A stretch of DNA of 64,000 bases from Vitrella brassicaformis CCMP3155 (GCA_001179505.1 CDMY01000688.1:186001-250000); one strand, 5' to 3'. Positions 13,716-26,299 are shown, numbered from the stretch's first letter. Notes: generated by a model from the sequence alone, not told the origin. Program-made: numbers and translations.

Positions 13716-16452
13716 CTATCGCATTACATTTGGGTTCCAGCTCGTGGCGGCACGATCACCAGACCTAACAGGACCCCGGGGCCCACACATACGCATCCAC
13801 CAGATGGAAACGAATGTCATGTGCTGTTTGTTGTGATATTTGTGGTATACATACCTGCCTCCCCATCCGCCTCCCCCGCCCCGTCCCCCTCGCCCCCCAC
13901 GGCCGCCACGACCGCCACCACGGGTGTCGTGGCCACCTGCACACACACACACTCACACACGAAAAGGATCTTCTCATACTTATGGTTTGGTCTGGCGCCT
14001 TCCCCTCCTTGTACCTCCGTGCTGCTGGTACTGCTGCTGGTATTGCTGCTGCTGCTGCTGCTGGTAACCCCCCGGCTGCTGGTACTGGTATGCAGCCTGC
14101 TGGTCCCAGGCCTGCTGCTGGTGGTAGGCTGGCTGTTGCTGATACTGGTAGCCTTGCTGGTGCTGCTGGTATTGGTGTGCTTGCTGCTGGCCCCACTGGC
14201 CACCGCCGCCTCCCCCTCCTCCATATCGTCCGCCGCCTTGGTCGTAGCTGCCACCTCCCCCACCATACCTGCCGCCCCCCTGGTCATACGACGCAGCTGC
14301 TGCCGGTGCACCACCGCCTCCGCCGTATCGCCCGCCCTCATCATAGCTCCCCGATGAGCCGTATCGGCCTCCCCTGCCCCCTCCTCGTCCGCCTCCGCCG
14401 TATCGGCCGCCGGCTTGGTCGTAGCTCTGGCTCTGTTGGTAGCTGGGCTGCTGGTGGCCACCACCACCACCACCACCACGGCCGCCGTAGCGCCCGCCGC
14501 CCGACTGGTCGTAGCCTCCGCTGCCCACTCCCTGGCCGCTGCCCGTCCAGCGCTTTTCGCCGTCCTGACCTGAGGCACGCTCCGCCTGGGCGCTGAGCGA
14601 GAGGAGAGGAAAGGGCGAAGGATACAAATGGTGTCTGTGAGGGTGTTCCGGGTGGATCCATGTCTCACCGTTTCTTGGCCATGGCCTCGCGTTGGTCTTT
14701 CTGCTGCAGGGCGATGTTGGCCTGCAGGACAGAGTGAAGGGACATGGTATGGTGTCGTTCGTGTGTGTTGGAGGGGAGCCAGATGCATGGCTGTGTGTGG
14801 CGGGTGTTGTATGTACCTTTGCGACATCCCTGCCGACATCCTGGTGTGTGTAGCCCTCGGGCACTCCGCCACGATCTGGCACCTGCAACCATACCACACA
14901 CCCACTCTCCTGTGGGCCCATCTGCTGCCTGTGCGCCTGCTCACCTTGCCGATGGACACTGTCTTGAGTTTCGACTTGACGGCATGCTCGGTCGACACGC
15001 TCTTGGACTCCAGCAACGACCTGCAGACACCCACACACACGAACAAGGGTAAGGTATTGCCTTTCTGCAATCCGTCCCTCCGTCCGGCCATGTGAAGCGT
15101 ACCGTACCTGTCGGCGGCGAGGACGTCCCAGAGAAAGAACTTGGTGTGAGTGACTTCATCCTTCCACTCAACCATGTCCTGCAGTGCCTTGGTCAGCGCA
15201 TCCTCGTACTCCTGCGCCTTGGACGACCACAGAAACGCCTATAACAGCCACACACACACACACAGACATGGTGGAAGTGAATGTGGCTCTCTCTCTCTGT
15301 GTGTGTGCGTGTGTGTGTGCGTGTGTGCCTGTATGGTGACATCCAGGCGGCGCAGGAGGACTTTGCGCCGCATCTCGTATTCCTCGTTGAGCGACGTCGC
15401 TATCTGTTGGACTTGTTGCTGAAGAGGGCGACAACAGCTTCATCACAATGCCATGCCGTGCGATGCATTCGTTCACTATGTGTTTTCGGCTGGCTGACCA
15501 TTTTGGATGGGTCAGCCTTCCACTTGGGCAGCAGCAGGTGGTGGCTGGGCAGCTTCTTGATCTTGTCGAGATCGCTCTCCAGCTGAGCACAGACAGATGC
15601 CAGCCAGTGTTCGGTGTGCTACTGACAGATTGGCCCGATACTCCTATGCCATGCAATCTGCCTCTCGCACAGCTGTCGGTATGCGGTGCGTGTAGCAGAA
15701 GCCCAGCAGCCCCTCTCGCGAGCTCCCTTCTTATACACCGTTGCTCTGCCTGCGTGTCCGTCCCTCCCTACGACCCACCCACCCCCGCTGACCTGGTCAG
15801 CGACCTTGTGCATGAGTTTGCCGTCGATTTTGAGGTCGCCCTCGGTGTCTGTCATATCACCCAGGCCCTCAATCAGACCACGCACAGTCTTCTCGATGTC
15901 CTCGAGAGCTGGCGCCTCCTGCAGGACAGCAATTGACCAGTGGCTGACGTGCTCTCGCTGGTCGTGTGTGTCGTACCGTTGGCAGCTCGATGGTTTCGTG
16001 TAGAATGCGGCCGGCGCCGAGGCGACACACATGGAGGTCGATCATGATCTCATCTGAAGGACCAACAGACAGCACAGCACCTGCAGGCAGGCTGCAGGCC
16101 TTCTGCCAGACATCTGTTACACAGCATGGTGGCCCGGTTCTTGAAGTCGTCGAGGGCCGAGGAGTCGGTCGGATCGAAGCCGAGAAGGTAGCCTGAGGGA
16201 GGGAGGAAGGACGAAGGGGTGAGAATATATGAGGATGTGTTGACTGTGTAGATCTTCTTTTGTACCTCTGTCCTTGGCGAATTGGCACACAGACTCCATC
16301 GTTGGCTCGACGGGATTTGCATCGCTCATCTGCATCAACAGGGACAGACAACCCATCAAAGGATGTCACGACTGACATCAATGCAGCACTGCCGTCGTGT
16401 CGTTCCTCACCTGGGTGTCCAGCTGCCGTATCTCATCGGCCAGCTGCACCAT
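13716..16452 (-). CDS. FAM98: FAM98-family protein with a long Gly/Tyr/Gln-rich, RGG-containing C-terminus
   Basis: Spliced motifs LNEEYEMRRKVLLRRLDVTIQ|AFLWSSKA and KLKTVSIGK|VPDRGGVPE match the FAM98 core (EY..RR.ML.KRLDVT.QSF.WS; GRVPDRGG). The C-terminal RGG tracts are typical. The start codon and last exon are less certain. Confidence 0.88.
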
Positions 16453-17026
16453 TCAGCAGACAATGCAAGCCGGCTGCAGGTTGCCTGCCACGAACATGCT
16501 TTGCACGAGCGCTCTCACCCACCTTGTGTAAGAGGAGAGGGAAGCACCCATCAGAGAGCAGCAGCAAGATCTCGTGGCTCTGGTGCGCCTTGACAGGCCT
16601 GAAACAAAGCAAAGGCAAACAGGGCTGGCTTGTCATGGCGCCTTCATTGCTGTGTCCGCTGGTGGTGTTGGGAGTGCTCCTACCTGCCATTGAGCGTGGT
16701 GACCAGCGTGCCGAAGCACGAGTGGAGCTCATCCGCTGGAATGGGAAGCGCCATGGCGAGCCGAGTGTCAAACTCGACGGAAGCGCGGCAGATGTCGAGG
16801 CTCTTTCTCTGGAGAAGCAAAAAAGCTCGCCTCACTGTGCGCGTTCGTTCGTTCCCTTCCTCCCCCCCCCCCTTTTCCCGTCGTCTTCTTCTCGTCTTCT
16901 CTGTGACAAAGATCCATGGATCTCTTATCTGCCTCGCTTCAACGCGGTGAAATGACTGATTCGATGAATCTGCTTCAGCTCGGAGGACGATGGCGCTTTG
17001 CGGACCGGGTGCATTTGTTCGGCTGA

Positions 17027-20000
17027 ATGCGCTGTGCTATTTGCCGCCTTGGATCTTGGCTGCTCTTCCTGCTCTGTGGCTTCACGCGGCTGGTTATGGG
17101 TGTTCGGAGGAGCCCGTCTTCATCGCTGGAACCGCACAGACGGCTGTGCTTCTCTGTGCCGCGCGCCACGGGGATGCCTATACCTTCTGCAATGAGGCGT
17201 TCGACGAGGCTTACTCGGCAAGCCACCAAGTCTGATGCTGCACCGCAACTTGTGAGGCTCACTGGGCGGCAGGACGTGCCACTGGAAGAGTCGATCCGGT
17301 CGTCGAGGACCTTCACGGAGATGCTCAGCCGGCTGTCATCCGTTCGCAGCGATGTGTCCTCAGCTTCCTCACTGCCCTCTGGCCTCAGCTTCGCAGAGCT
17401 CTTGGCGGTGCTGTCGAACACTGCCCGCTTCTTCCGCATGAAGAGAGGCGGCACCAACCTGCCGCTGCCCGCTGAGCGGAAGACCTTTGCTGGCTTCCTC
17501 GCATCGCTGATGCGTGAGCTGCACTCGTCGGCCAAGACGTCACTGGACGGCCGCGTCAAGGTGGACGATGCCGTCAGCGCCGTCTATGACGTCGGTACAC
17601 TCGCCCCTGAGGTGGAGAGGGACAAGGCTGCCCAGAAAGACGCCAGCAACTTGATGCTCTTGCTGAGCGGCCACCTCTACAAGCAACGGGATAGTCCTGG
17701 CGTGATGAAGGCCATTGATACGCTGGATGGGTTTGCCCGCTGCTTGTCGTTCTTCAAGGCGCCTGAGGATCACTTGAAGCGTCTCCTGGGGGACACTAAG
17801 TCAGATCTTGCTTCACTCAAGTCTGTGGGAAAGGCCATCGTGCTGCTGAAAGCTGTGAAGCAACTTGTTCCCGTCAAGTCCAGACTGTGGCCTTTCCTCA
17901 CCCAGTGGCTCTATTCGTTTGTCGGCGGCTTCGCCATGCGGATCAGCGAGCTCTCGTCCATCCAACTGGTCGATATGGTCAAGACGATCGCGCAGCTCCG
18001 CGTTCGTGTTGACGAGTCCAGCGCGCCCTCCCCAGAAGCTTTTCGCGAGGCTCAGTCGTTCATGAGAAACGTGGAGATCGATGCGAGGCAGAGGATCGAG
18101 AGGGATGAGATCGACCCAGAGCGTATGTGCAGCCTTATCTGGGCTTTCGCCCATCTCCGCATACAAGACAACGACCCGCTCTTCTCTTCCGTCTTCCAGC
18201 AAAGCATCGCCAAGAAGGTCAAACGGCTGAAGCCTGGCGCTGTCGGCAACTTGGTCTTCGCCGGCAGCGTCTTCGGCCTCTGCGATGACGATAGCGCAGA
18301 AGGCCCGTCTCTGCCAGATGTCATTGAGGAGACCATTCGTGAGCGTGCGTTAGAGTTCCAGAACGCCAAGACGCTGATGGACCGGCTAGGACAGTGGCGG
18401 GAGAGGGCTTCTCGGAGGCGATTGGGGGCGTCGAAAGCAGCTCGCGCGACATCCCTTGATGAGCTCGCTGCTCTGGCTGAGTCTTTGCTGGCCAAGAACG
18501 AGACGAGTGCGGCCTATGCCGCCGCGCTGTCTTCCCTGCTACTGCGTGTGGCCAAGGTGAGTCCTGTGTCTGGCGGAGTCGACGTCACGGCCCCTCAAGT
18601 GTCACCTCAGCCGGCAGACGAGGACGAAGACCTGGAAGAGGTGATGCCTGACGAGGGTGAGGGTGATGAAGAGGAGCTCGACGATTCGTTTGTGGATGAA
18701 GCGGAGGGACAGCCGTCAGGGGAGCTGCTCGGCTCGGATGCCGACCCCCGACTCCCCTCTACGCACCCCTTCCGTCGCTGTGAGGCCTTTCAGTCTGTGT
18801 TTGACCGCTTGTGTGGCGTTTTGCAAGACTCTCCATCGGTGCTCGACTCACAAGGCCTGTCGAATGTGGTGTGGAGTGCGGGGACGCTGAAGGTGGCATC
18901 TCCCGCCTTATTCGCCGTCTTGAAGGCTGCCATCCTTCCGCGACTGGGCAGCTCAGCGGGCGCTGAAAAGATGCAGCCATTCGGCAGCACCGGTCTGACT
19001 CAGATTGTATTCGGGTTGAGCTTGCTCAAGAATCAGGTGGGTGCATCATGTGCGTGTCACTGTGGATGGAGGCTGTCTGTCTGTCTGTCTGTGGTACTTT
19101 GTGCAGGACCCTGAGCTGCTCGTTCCTCTCCTCAGCGAATGCGAAGACCATGTCGATGAGTTCCAGCCCTACGAGCTGTCACAAGTGCTCACTGCTATGG
19201 CCCTGCTCAACACAGCCCTGGATGAATCGCAGCAAGGCGCTATGAGTCCGCTGCGGGAATCGATCCTCCAGACTTCAAGGGCTGTGGTCGATCAGCTGAG
19301 GGGATCTCTAAGGGCGCTCACGGCCCGGCAGCTGGCTTTCATGATATGGTCTCTGGGTCAGCTGCGGCAGCGGTCTCGGCCTCTGCACGCAGGGCAGGTG
19401 TATGACTGGGTCTTCCTCAACAACCTGTGTTACGAGCTCCGAAACAAGTGAGTCAGCCACACGACAGCACGCGACACGGCAGCCCCTGTTCTCCTCACCA
19501 ACCGCAAATGGCATGTGCTTCTGTGCAGGCTGGATTCCTTGGTCGACAAGGAGTTCCCTCTGGTCCTCGATGGGTTTGCCAGCCTAAGGTGGACCGACGA
19601 GCACGTCCTGGAGGGCATCACTGGGGAGGTGGCGAAGCTATCCAGCCGCTTCACGCCTCCTCAGCTGATTATGCTTTCGGGGGCTGTCGTCAAGCTGGGC
19701 ATCACTGACAAACGACTCAACGAGGCTCTGGCCGCATCAGGTTTGCTGCAGGAAACCTGGCCAGACTGCTTTCTCATAATTGTGTGTGTCTTGTCGTGTA
19801 GTTGAGGGCGTGATTGACTCCTTCCACAGCGACACGTTCATCCCATGGCTGCTACAGTGGTTCGATGAAGGCAAACATGGTGAGGAGAAATCGATTCCCC
19901 ACACCGTATGGTGGAAGTCAACCTCTTCTCTGTCGCCAGGGTCACCGGAGATGCGAATGAGACGGATGTCTCGCCGGCTGTCGCAAGCAGGCTCCCATTC

Positions 20001-22677
20001 CTCCCTCATGCGGGTGATCAGCAAAGAGTTCGGTGGCGTTGACCACCTACCCGCTGCCCTGATGGGTATTGTGCTCAAGCGGCTGCTGGAACTTGACCTG
20101 TGCCACCAAGAGGTGGAGGAGCGTCTTGACGAGGCGTCAATTCGATGCGTCGAGAGGGAGTCTGCATCCGTGAGGGAGACCCTCGCCGCGAAGGTGGCGG
20201 GCATCGCTGACGTGCTGCGCCAAGACACTGCCATCCCGATGAGGGTACGAAGGGAAGAGGCAAACCAGTTCTCTCTGGTTGCGGGACTGCTGCCTGTTCC
20301 CCTGCAGGGCACTCTTGACCTCGTGGACTCTGTGTATCGGGTGACGAAGGCATATCCGGCGAGCGACGACACCCCAGCAGGCTCCCTTGCCCACACCGCT
20401 GACTGCCTCCTACCTCTGCTTAAGCAGCATCTACAGGAGCGACTTGGGTCTGCCGACCTGCTTGTGGGCAGGTCGGACACACACCCTTCGCCGCACCACC
20501 TATCTGACGAGGCTTTCAAGCAAACGGCGAAGGTCTGCTCCAGCCTCAGCTGGACCGATCGGGGGCTGGTCGACCCGGCAAGTGACGCGTTGCTGCGGCG
20601 GCTGGAGATGTGGAGGCTAGGTGTGAGGGAGCCCATGTCGCTGGACACACTCCAAAGGGTGGTTGGGTGGCTCTCGTGGGCACAGATGGCACCCAGCCGC
20701 CTTCAGCCCAAAGGCGAAGCTGAAGAGCATGGCTTGACCGATTCGCGTATCCGGGGCCTGGTAGAGGCGCTGTCACAAGTGACGTGGCACATGGTGGTGG
20801 AGAGGAGTGCTCTGGACGAGGTGCTGCGCTTCGGCCGGGCGCTGGCGCCCCTGTTGGTCGCCCACGATGAGGCGGACAGCCGCGATGACGAGACAAGGGC
20901 GTCGCAGATGAGCCTCGCCTTCTGCCAGCGGATCCTGCCTTCTGTCCGGCTGCTGACGAAGGAGAAGGATGGCCGAGCGCTTGGAAGGCTGCTGGCTGTT
21001 GCGAGTCGGCGCACTCCGGACGTCATTCAGTTCGCCGTCAATGAAACCCTCGCCATGCTCGAAGGTACGCACCTTCGATGACGACACCAAGAACACGGCA
21101 AGTGGCGCTGTTCTCAGGTCGTGACATGGGCACTGTTTCCTTCAAGGGCAGGGCCCGCGCGTCTCGTGCCTTCTCGGGGCTGGTGGACGGGCTGCTGACG
21201 AGGCCCGAGGTGGGCGAGACCTTCATGCAAGCCCTCATGCAAGCGGCTCAGGACCGCCTGCCCTCTCTACTGTTCGATAGCCTCATCAATTTGATACTGG
21301 CGACGGAGCGGTGAGAATGAATGCACACACAGTGGCATCGTTGACAATCTCGGGATCGTGTTATGCGTACGTCAGGGTATTTGGGTGGCAGTCGCATCGC
21401 TATTTGCTGGCGGAGAGGCGGGTGCGAGACCTGGTGCAGCAGTGCCTACGCGAGGCGGTCATGCGCGGCCCCGGGCTTTCGCGACACGAGACACTCAAAC
21501 TACTCACGACCTTCTCGCAGCTTGGGGTGAGCCATTTCGACACCATTTTGCCCTCCGTTGGCATATGTTGTCCCCCTTCAGATGTGTTTCGATGACTACA
21601 CTCGCTATGCCCTTGACGAGCTGGAGCCCTCTTTGCCATCCATGCCGCCAAAGGCACTGGCGTCGCTCGCGTCCTGCATGGGACAGCTTGGTCTCACTGA
21701 GGACCCATATGCGTCGTTCTTCCAGAAGATCGCCTTTGTCGCCACGTCGCGGGCATCCGAGTTCACGAGGCCGCAGGAGGTGTCCATCATCTCACGTGCG
21801 CTGTCGATCGCCGGTGTGTACGACGAGGAGTGGTTCGCCCATGCCCTCTCTCTCAACTGGACGGCCGCGCTGCCCCACACGCTTCTGAGGATGAGGGCGG
21901 CATGTGTCGGGTATCTCTTGGAGGGCCGGCAGGCGGGAAGGGCCACTGTCGATGACGAGGAAATCTCGGACACTCTGCTGGCCATCGCAACCAGCCAAGG
22001 GTGGGCAAGCAGACCAATACATGACTCGGTCAAAGGCCCATTCCCACTGCTGTCATCTGTGTGGTTCTGTGCAGGGCGTTTATGGATGTCAGCAGCCCCT
22101 CTCCGGTGTCGCGGAGTCAGCAGGATCTCTACTTCCGACTGGCGCACATATTCGAAGCCATGTCGCCTGTTCTTCCTTCGGCGAGGCGCAGCGGCAAAAA
22201 CAGCCCTGGCCTGCCGATGAGGTGGGAGGTGTTTCAGGAGCACCACACGGACTTCAACCTCACCCTGATTGATGTGGCCATTGTCGGCACGCCGGTGGGA
22301 GGGCGTGGGGATGTGCCCCTGGTCAAGGTGGCGGTGGAGCTCGATGGCCCACACCATTTTGTGGAGCTGCTGGGCTCCTCGCCAGTGCCACTGGCGCGCG
22401 TCAATGGATACACTCAGCTCAAGACAAGGTCAGCAGACTGAGGGCCGGGAGGGGCCTGGTGTCAATGGATGGGTGTGTGTGTGTGTCGTGCAGGCTGTTG
22501 TCAGCGATGGGGTGGCGGGTGGTCAGGGTGCCCTGGTGGGAGGCAGCGACGCTGGCGAGCCAGCATGCGGGCGACGCGTACCTGTTGAGCAGGGTGGAGG
22601 CGGCGATAGGCCCATTCGTGTTTGTGCCAGTCGATGTGGAGAGCAAGGACAGTCTAGAGGCTGTCGCGTCTGTGTGA
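17027..22677 (+). CDS. Large helical-repeat protein with a C-terminal RAP domain (FASTK/OPR-like organellar RNA-processing factor); predicted signal plus transit peptide
   Basis: C-terminus VAVELDGPHHF...NGYTQLKT|RLLSAMGWRVVRVPWWE is the RAP signature. Repeated helical units (e.g. QGLSNVVWSAGTL, RQLAFMIWSLGQL, QEVSIISRALSIA). Leader MRCAICRLGSWLLFLLCGFTRLVMG is followed by an S/R-rich stretch. Confidence 0.88.
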
Positions 22678-23182
22678 CAATGCAATTGCCACTGCATGTG
22701 CCCTCGTGGCTGCACGGCGCTGGGGCGGATCATGCCGCAGAAAGTGTCCAGATGCAAAGGCACTCGCACAAGCCGTGGCCAGGATGGACGTGGCCAGCTT
22801 GGGGCGGTTGCAACCACACATGTCCTTTCTGACGTCATGCACGCTGCCAGCACCACAAGCATGACGCCTGAGCCCGCAAGAGACGGCGAATATAGCGAGT
22901 AGCCCAGGGGAAAAACAGAAGGACAGGTCGGCGATCGGGCCGTTATATACTGTCCGGCGCGGGAGGGCAGGAGGTCAGACAAATGAATCTGTGAGGGGGG
23001 CGCTTCGGCGCGCGAGGCAGAAGTGTTTGGAGGACTGCAGGAGCTGAGAGCGGACGGAGCCACACAAGCCTCACATGACGTGCGTATGGCAGTGAGGGTG
23101 TGGAAGACCCCTCATTGTCAATCTGCAGACCGCTGCTACTCTTCTCTGATCACCGCTCTGGTGAGGTGTCAACACTGCTCAT

Positions 23183-26100
23183 ATGGGCCGGCTGCTGAGG
23201 GGCTCTCTCGTCCTCGCCGCCCTGCTCCTCTGCGCAGCCCTGCCCGACGATGGTAGGCCGCCACACACAAAGCAGGAGGGACACGCAGACGGCACAACAC
23301 GCACACTCTCTCCATTCGTGTGATTGTGCGTGATAATCAGAGTACGGCTCGATCAAGTCCCCCTCGGTGCCGAAGCCACCGCCCAAGATTGACTCCGCCC
23401 TCCACCTCATTCAGCGCATCCGCAATGGCGGCCCCGGTGACCGCGCCCAGTCGGCCTACGGCCTCTATGTGTCACAGGGCCGGTCTCACATCATTCGAAC
23501 GGTTGACGAGGACCACGTCATTATCGATGCGGTGGCGACCAACGACACGGCGGCCCTGCTGGCCGACCTAGAGGAGGTCGGCATGAAGGGCGGCGGGGCC
23601 TATCACCGGTGGGTCAGCGGATGGCTGCCCATCCGTGCCATCCCCAACCTCGGGCAGCTGTCGTCGCTCCACCACGCGAGCCCCGCTGCCGTGGCCACAC
23701 AGGCGGGCATGAAGAGGATGGACATTCTTGTGGAGAGGGACATCAAGAGGCGGCTGCTGCAGAGGCAAGAAGAGGGAGAGGGCGGTGAGAAAGACGAGGG
23801 CGCCATGTCCGGCTTTGACCAGGACAAGGTGGCCAGCGATGCGATTGAGAAGAAGATTCAGCTGGGGCTGAGGTCGCCCCCAGCTGCCTTCAGGCCCCCG
23901 GCCGAGGACATCATTCCGCCGCCATTCCAGGACATTGTCCCGCCGTTTGCCGGGCAGGAGCCGTTCATCCCCTTCCCAGGGAGCCCCAATGTCAGCCCTA
24001 AGCACAAGCAGGGGAAGGGCAAGGGCAAGAAGCACAAGAAGGGCAAGTCGGGCAAGCAGGGCAAGAAGGGCGGCGGGGCCATGGGCGGGAACGGCAAGAA
24101 CAAGAAGTGGAAGGACAAGCAGCACCGCTTCAAGGAGCACAGCTGGACCAAGGGCACCATGGTCAAGGAGGGGGAGAGGGGCAGCATCGTCTCGGAGGCC
24201 GACGCCGCAATGGGCACCGACCAAGTGCGGGCCACATACAACATCGCAGGCGAGGGCATGACCATCGGTATCCTCTCGGACTCATTCGACAAGGCCAGCG
24301 GCCTCAGGACCGACGCCGACCAGGACATTGAGGACGGCAATCTGCCCGACATGGGGCAGATCAAGATCCTCAAGGAGGGACCGAGCGGGTCGGACGAGGG
24401 TCGCGCCATGATGCAGCTCATCCACGACATCGTCCCGCGAGTCGACTACCTCTTCCACACGGCCTTTGCGGGCCTTGCAGACTTCGCTGCGGGCATCGAC
24501 AAGCTGGCCGACAAGGAGGTGGACGTCATGACCGATGACGTCATCTACTTCCGGGAACCCATGTTCATGGACGGTACACACCGCACACACAGCATTTGAT
24601 TCCGACACATGTGCGCATTTCTTCGGTGTGTCTCATTCACTTAGGTCCCATCGCACAGGCAGTTGACGACGCGTACCGTCGTGGCATCCCCTATTTTTCC
24701 TCTGCGGGCAACAACGGCCGGCAGGGCTACAGCAGCGAGCTGAGGCTCTCTGACAAGAAGGGCGTCAACGGCGGCATCGCACACGACTTCGACCCAGGCA
24801 GTGACGTGGCCGATCGGCAGAAGGTGACCATCCCTGTCGGCTCGCGGATGCTGCTGGTGATGCAGTGGGATGAGCCGTACTACTCAGTGACGGGCGACGA
24901 GGGATCGCAGAGCGACCTGGACGTCTACCTGCTCGACGCCAAGGGCAACGCCGTCAGCTATGGCGGCAACAGCAACAACATCGACGGCGACCCCATCGAC
25001 ATGTTCGAGTACTTCAACGACGGATACGTCGACGAGGACGACGATGACGGCGCCGACGAGACGTTCTACCTGCAGATCGTCAAGGACAGCGGCAGCACCC
25101 CCACCCGCGTCAAGTACGTCATGTTCGGCTCCAGCAGCGTCAAGATCGAGGAGTTCGCCGGCGAGTACACGGGCACCCTCTACGGCCACGCCAACTCGCA
25201 CGGCGCCATGGCCGTGGGCGCGGCATTCTACGCCAACACGCCCTACTACATCAAGAAGATGCGGGGCACCAGGGGCGAGGATGACGACGATGACAACGCC
25301 AAGAAGAAGCTGGCCGTCAAGCCAGAGACATTCAGCTCGGCGGGACCGCAGGCGATCTGGTTTGACAACGACGGGAAGCGCCTCCAGACGCCCGTGCTGC
25401 GGCAGAAGCCGCAGGTGACCGCGCCCGACGGATCGAACACCTCGTTCTTCATCCCCGGCGTCGAGTAAGGGATCAAAAACCCGCCAGATTGCCGTCATGT
25501 CTCGCTCCATGGCTGCTGTGTCTTGTGTATGTGTGTGTGTAGTCCTGAGGACGACGGTTATTTTAATTTTTACGGGACGTCAGCTGCCGCGCCTAACGTG
25601 GCTGCCGTGGCCGTCCTGATGAAGCAGGTCAACAAGAGCCTCAAGCCATCGCAGCTCTACAACATACTCATGGAAACGGCATCCGACATCGACGGTATGC
25701 ATTCATTGACTGCAGACACACAGACGGGAGGAGCAGAGAACAGCCGAGGCACATACGGGTGCATGTTCATGTCTGTGTGTGTCTGTGTGTCTCTGGCACA
25801 GATCCTGAGCATGAGGAGCAGCAGAAGGGTTTCGACTATAGCACTGGTGCGGGCCTCATCGACGCTCCCGCTGCCTTTAAGGCCCTCAAAACCAGATGTA
25901 TGTATGAAACAATCCATTCAGGCAGAGACGAGACGCCACCACACGCCCATGTGTCTATTGGTTGACGTGGCGCGTGTGCACGTGCAGCCGAGTACGAGAT
26001 GTCGGCGTCTTTTGGCGGCGAGAACCCAGCTGAGTACTGCCGTCAGATGAACGGCATCTTCGACCTGGACTCGGACGCCTGCTGCCACAGAGGTGGGCCC

Positions 26101-26295
26101 GGCACGACAATACGCTCTTGACGCAGACAGACGTCATGTGTGTGTCTATCAGATTGCGGTTCGTGTGGCAACGAGGATGATGGTGACGTCAAGTGCGAGG
26201 CGCGGCCACTGGGCGTCGACTGCTGCATCGATACGGCCAAGGACATGGACGACGACTGCATCAAAGCCGCTGGACCGCCCTGCATCTTTCCGTAG
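23183..26295 (+). CDS. Secreted subtilase-clan serine peptidase of the bacterial S8/S53-like type, with prodomain, inserted beta-domain and C-terminal Cys-rich module; 7 exons
   Basis: Signal peptide MGRLLRGSLVLAALLLCAALPDD. Motifs IGILSDSFD, SDEGRAMMQLIHDIVP, FAAGIDKLA, DDVIYFREPMFMDG|PIAQAVD, YFSSAGNNG, KPQVTAPDG, FYGTSAAAPNVAAVA, GFDYSTGAGLIDA. Confidence 0.92.
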
Positions 26296-26299
26296 CCAT

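Noticed and set aside
13817-15175. Long alternative-frame and antisense ORFs over GC-rich exons (e.g. 13817-15175, 23568-24224, 47859-49166, 4704-5651)
   Set aside because: Shadow ORFs caused by high GC and biased codon usage of the real genes.
16635-16955. 106-aa ORF with a signal-like start (MAPSLLCPLVVLGVLLPAIERG) between FAM98 and the RAP gene
   Set aside because: No homology or splice support. It sits in a divergent promoter/5'-UTR zone where minus-strand UTR exons also fit.
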